Under the pieces are notes generated by a model that saw nothing but the letters and a program-made list of their open reading frames with translations, was not told the DNA's origin and made no database searches. Position numbers and translations under genes: made by a program. DNA of 64,000 nt from Adineta vaga. Lineage: Eukaryota > Animalia > Rotifera. Positions 61,521 to 64,000 of the stretch are shown in pieces (position 1 is the stretch's first letter; the number at the start of each line of letters is the position of its first letter). The stretch is from the NCBI GenBank assembly GCA_021613535.1, contig CP075494.1, forward strand, positions 11,222,001 to 11,286,000. The letters run 5' to 3'.

Positions 61521-62354
61521 GTCACGTTTCAGACATATTTCATCGATGCTAACGGTTATCCCGTGTTGTTTGATGATGAAAAGGCCATCTCAATTGATAA
61601 GTTAGTCATAGAAGCTGAAATGAGAAATATTATCAGGTTAGAAATGAAAACGGGTTCGCATGGGATGTACATACGCAATATTTTATTCGTCGGTGTGCTT
61701 TTATTCGCTGCTAGCGTCGCTATTATCAGTAGTGATCCAGAAGGATCGATCAAGAAATCTCTCTATTTGTGGACTAATAATCAAGGAATTAACAATTTAT
61801 ACTGCATGTTACGCTGCTTCCATGATGAGATTCCCTTTAATCCAAATCCACATGAACAGAAGACCATTGATTATATCCAGGATAAAGTTACACATAATTC
61901 TAGTGGACAAGAAATTTTTGTCCATGATAGCAAAAGTCGTTTCGACGAAAGAGTAACCAATTCCTTTAAAGTGATTAAAGATATGCCTGAGATCATTCGC
62001 CGATTTGCTGAAGGAGAATTTCAAACTTGGTCTTAGACTGTATGGGACAAAGTCGATGTCGGAATCGTTATAGCCAGTTCAATCACTGACGACGTAGACA
62101 ACTTGGTGCTAGATAAAAATGTTAAAATAACATCAAATATGTATTTAGTCATTTGGGAACGAAGCGACCAGGGAAAAATTGAAATTCAAAGTTATGTCAC
62201 CATTTTCAAAACAATAGTTGGGACAGATTGTCGGCTCAACGAAGACTATTGGACTAATAAGAGAGAGCGAATCTATAATGCTAAGAAATATTATCTAGTT
62301 CTGAAAATTGAAACAAATCCAGTCTATCGCGGTTATTCATTAGAATCCAACTAG
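61521..62354 (+). pseudogene. Intronless orphan reading frame (~277 codons) with one in-frame TAG at 62034-62036 and a hydrophobic segment
   Basis: ORFs 61563-62036 and 62103-62354 are in the same frame and the gap translates without further stops (TVWDKVDVGIVIASS...). Confidence 0.55.
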
Positions 62355-62821
62355 AACTAAATTGCTTCTTTCATTTTCTAAGTTCTTGCATATCGTCTTT
62401 ATTTTTCATCAAAAATAAAATCATCATATGCATGGAAGTTTCAGAAAAATGTTTTTATCTTGATGCTTTGCTCATGATAAATTCTGATTCGTCTGAGATA
62501 GCGCCTTCTTACTATAGTTGATGGTGAGAAGAGAAAGGCTTCTCTATACCAACACGCTCTCTATAGTAATATAATTACGTCTTTCAATCAAATGAAAATG
62601 ATAAATTTGTGATCAAAAATTATTTTTGTTTATTTCAACATAACATCTTTATAGATTAATATCATCATCATGTTTGATAACAAAGAAAAAAAAATAGACA
62701 TACATACATACATAACTCTTATCCATGATAATACAAGATGAAATAAGAAAAAAAAATATTCCATACGACGGGCACAAAGATATACACCAGTGACAAAGGA
62801 AAACAAAATATTTCATTATAT

Positions 62822-64000
62822 TCAATTGTTCTTAGGCGGAATTTGGGCTTCAACTATATCATATACTTCAATTAATTGCTAAAAACGAGAATATACATGA
62901 GGAAGAAGATCGAAGAAGAACTATATTTCTTACCTCCCATTCATCCATTGTGATCGACTATAATAACAGAGAAATATTTCTTATATTAAAAACTTTCATT
63001 TAAAAAAGATCTTACCATAATCATTTGATTAGCACGTTCAGTTGATTCATCTGCCTGTGTTGAACTGTTACTATTAGCCGTTCGATTCATTGCTTTACTT
63101 GTTGGTTCTGAATTGTATAATAATCAATTAAATCTTTTTCTTTTTCAATCAATTAACTTACCAAGTGCTGGTAAAGACACATCATCTTGAAAAAGATTAA
63201 CGAATCCTTCCTAGAATAAAAGAACAGAATATTAAGAAATTCATCTGAATTTTTACATAAATTCAAATACTTTGATAAGAAATGAAACATGAAACATATT
63301 TTCTACAGTTTTAGCAAATGATGCTGGATCAATAACAAATTCAAAGTAATCAATTGGACTACAATCAGCTGATTTATAACGTTCAACAAGACAACGTTTG
63401 ATATGCATGATTTGTTTGATAGTTTGTTCACCAAGTTCAGAATTAAATTCTTTTACCTAAAATAAATAAGAGAGATGAACAATTATACATCTTACCAATT
63501 GTTTTCTCTTAAAAAATTCTTACTTCTTCTGGTCGTGTACGTGTTCTTTCTAATTCTTCTTGTGTTAATTTCTGTTGTCGAACAGGTTTTGCACGTTGTT
63601 TTTGTTTTTCATGATATTCATTGGTAAATAATTTCGTTGGTAATCGACCATTCCTTTATCAATATTACGAAAAATAACGAAAACAATCTTTCAGAACAAT
63701 CAAACTTACATCAAACATGGTGCTGGTAGAATATGATGAAAATTGCCAAAGATTTCATAGAATTCATTGGCATTTCCAACTAATTTCGAAAGGATTTTCT
63801 CGCATTTACGTGCAAATTCATAAGCACGATCTAAACCTCCTGCTTCATCAACAGCACGAATTCGAACACTAGCTAAATTTGATATAGTCCGTAAGGTTGA
63901 AGCATCAAGCACACCTTCTCGTGGCATTTTAACTAAAGATTACAAAGAAAATGTATGAAACTTTTCATAAAACTTCATTTTACCTTTAGCAAATGCTTTA
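62822..64000 (-). CDS. NSMCE4A: Non-structural maintenance of chromosomes element 4 (NSE4, SMC5/6 kleisin), 3' part
   Basis: PREGVLDA N-terminal kleisin motif; [31 protein letters not shown] Nse4 C-terminal signature. Confidence 0.88.

Overview
AT-rich eukaryotic (animal) genomic DNA with dense genes and short, mostly 50-70 nt GT-AG introns. The mix of core metazoan genes and bacterial- or fungal-looking genes suggests a bdelloid rotifer (inference from style and gene content, not verified). Core genes: 5' three-quarters of an L-type Ca2+ channel alpha-1 subunit, a PAS-A/PAS-B protein, acylglycerol kinase, DNAJC27, U2AF2, an MRG/MSL3-type chromo-barrel protein, a secreted Ly6/three-finger plus ~34-EGF protein with recent internal duplications, a PHRF1-like RING-PHD protein, and the 3' part of NSE4. 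Foreign-looking genes: two alpha/beta-hydrolases, an intron-containing ParA/Soj ATPase (signature Lys changed to Arg, probable alternative first exons), and a 102-aa protein with a protamine/H1-like basic tail fused to a YABBY/HMG-box-like domain that only appears after splicing. A 131-bp MITE with a 2-bp TSD interrupts an orphan ORF carrying a HEPN-like RNxxxH motif, and it contains splice sites that could restore the reading frame. All gene models were spliced by eye; no database searches were run.
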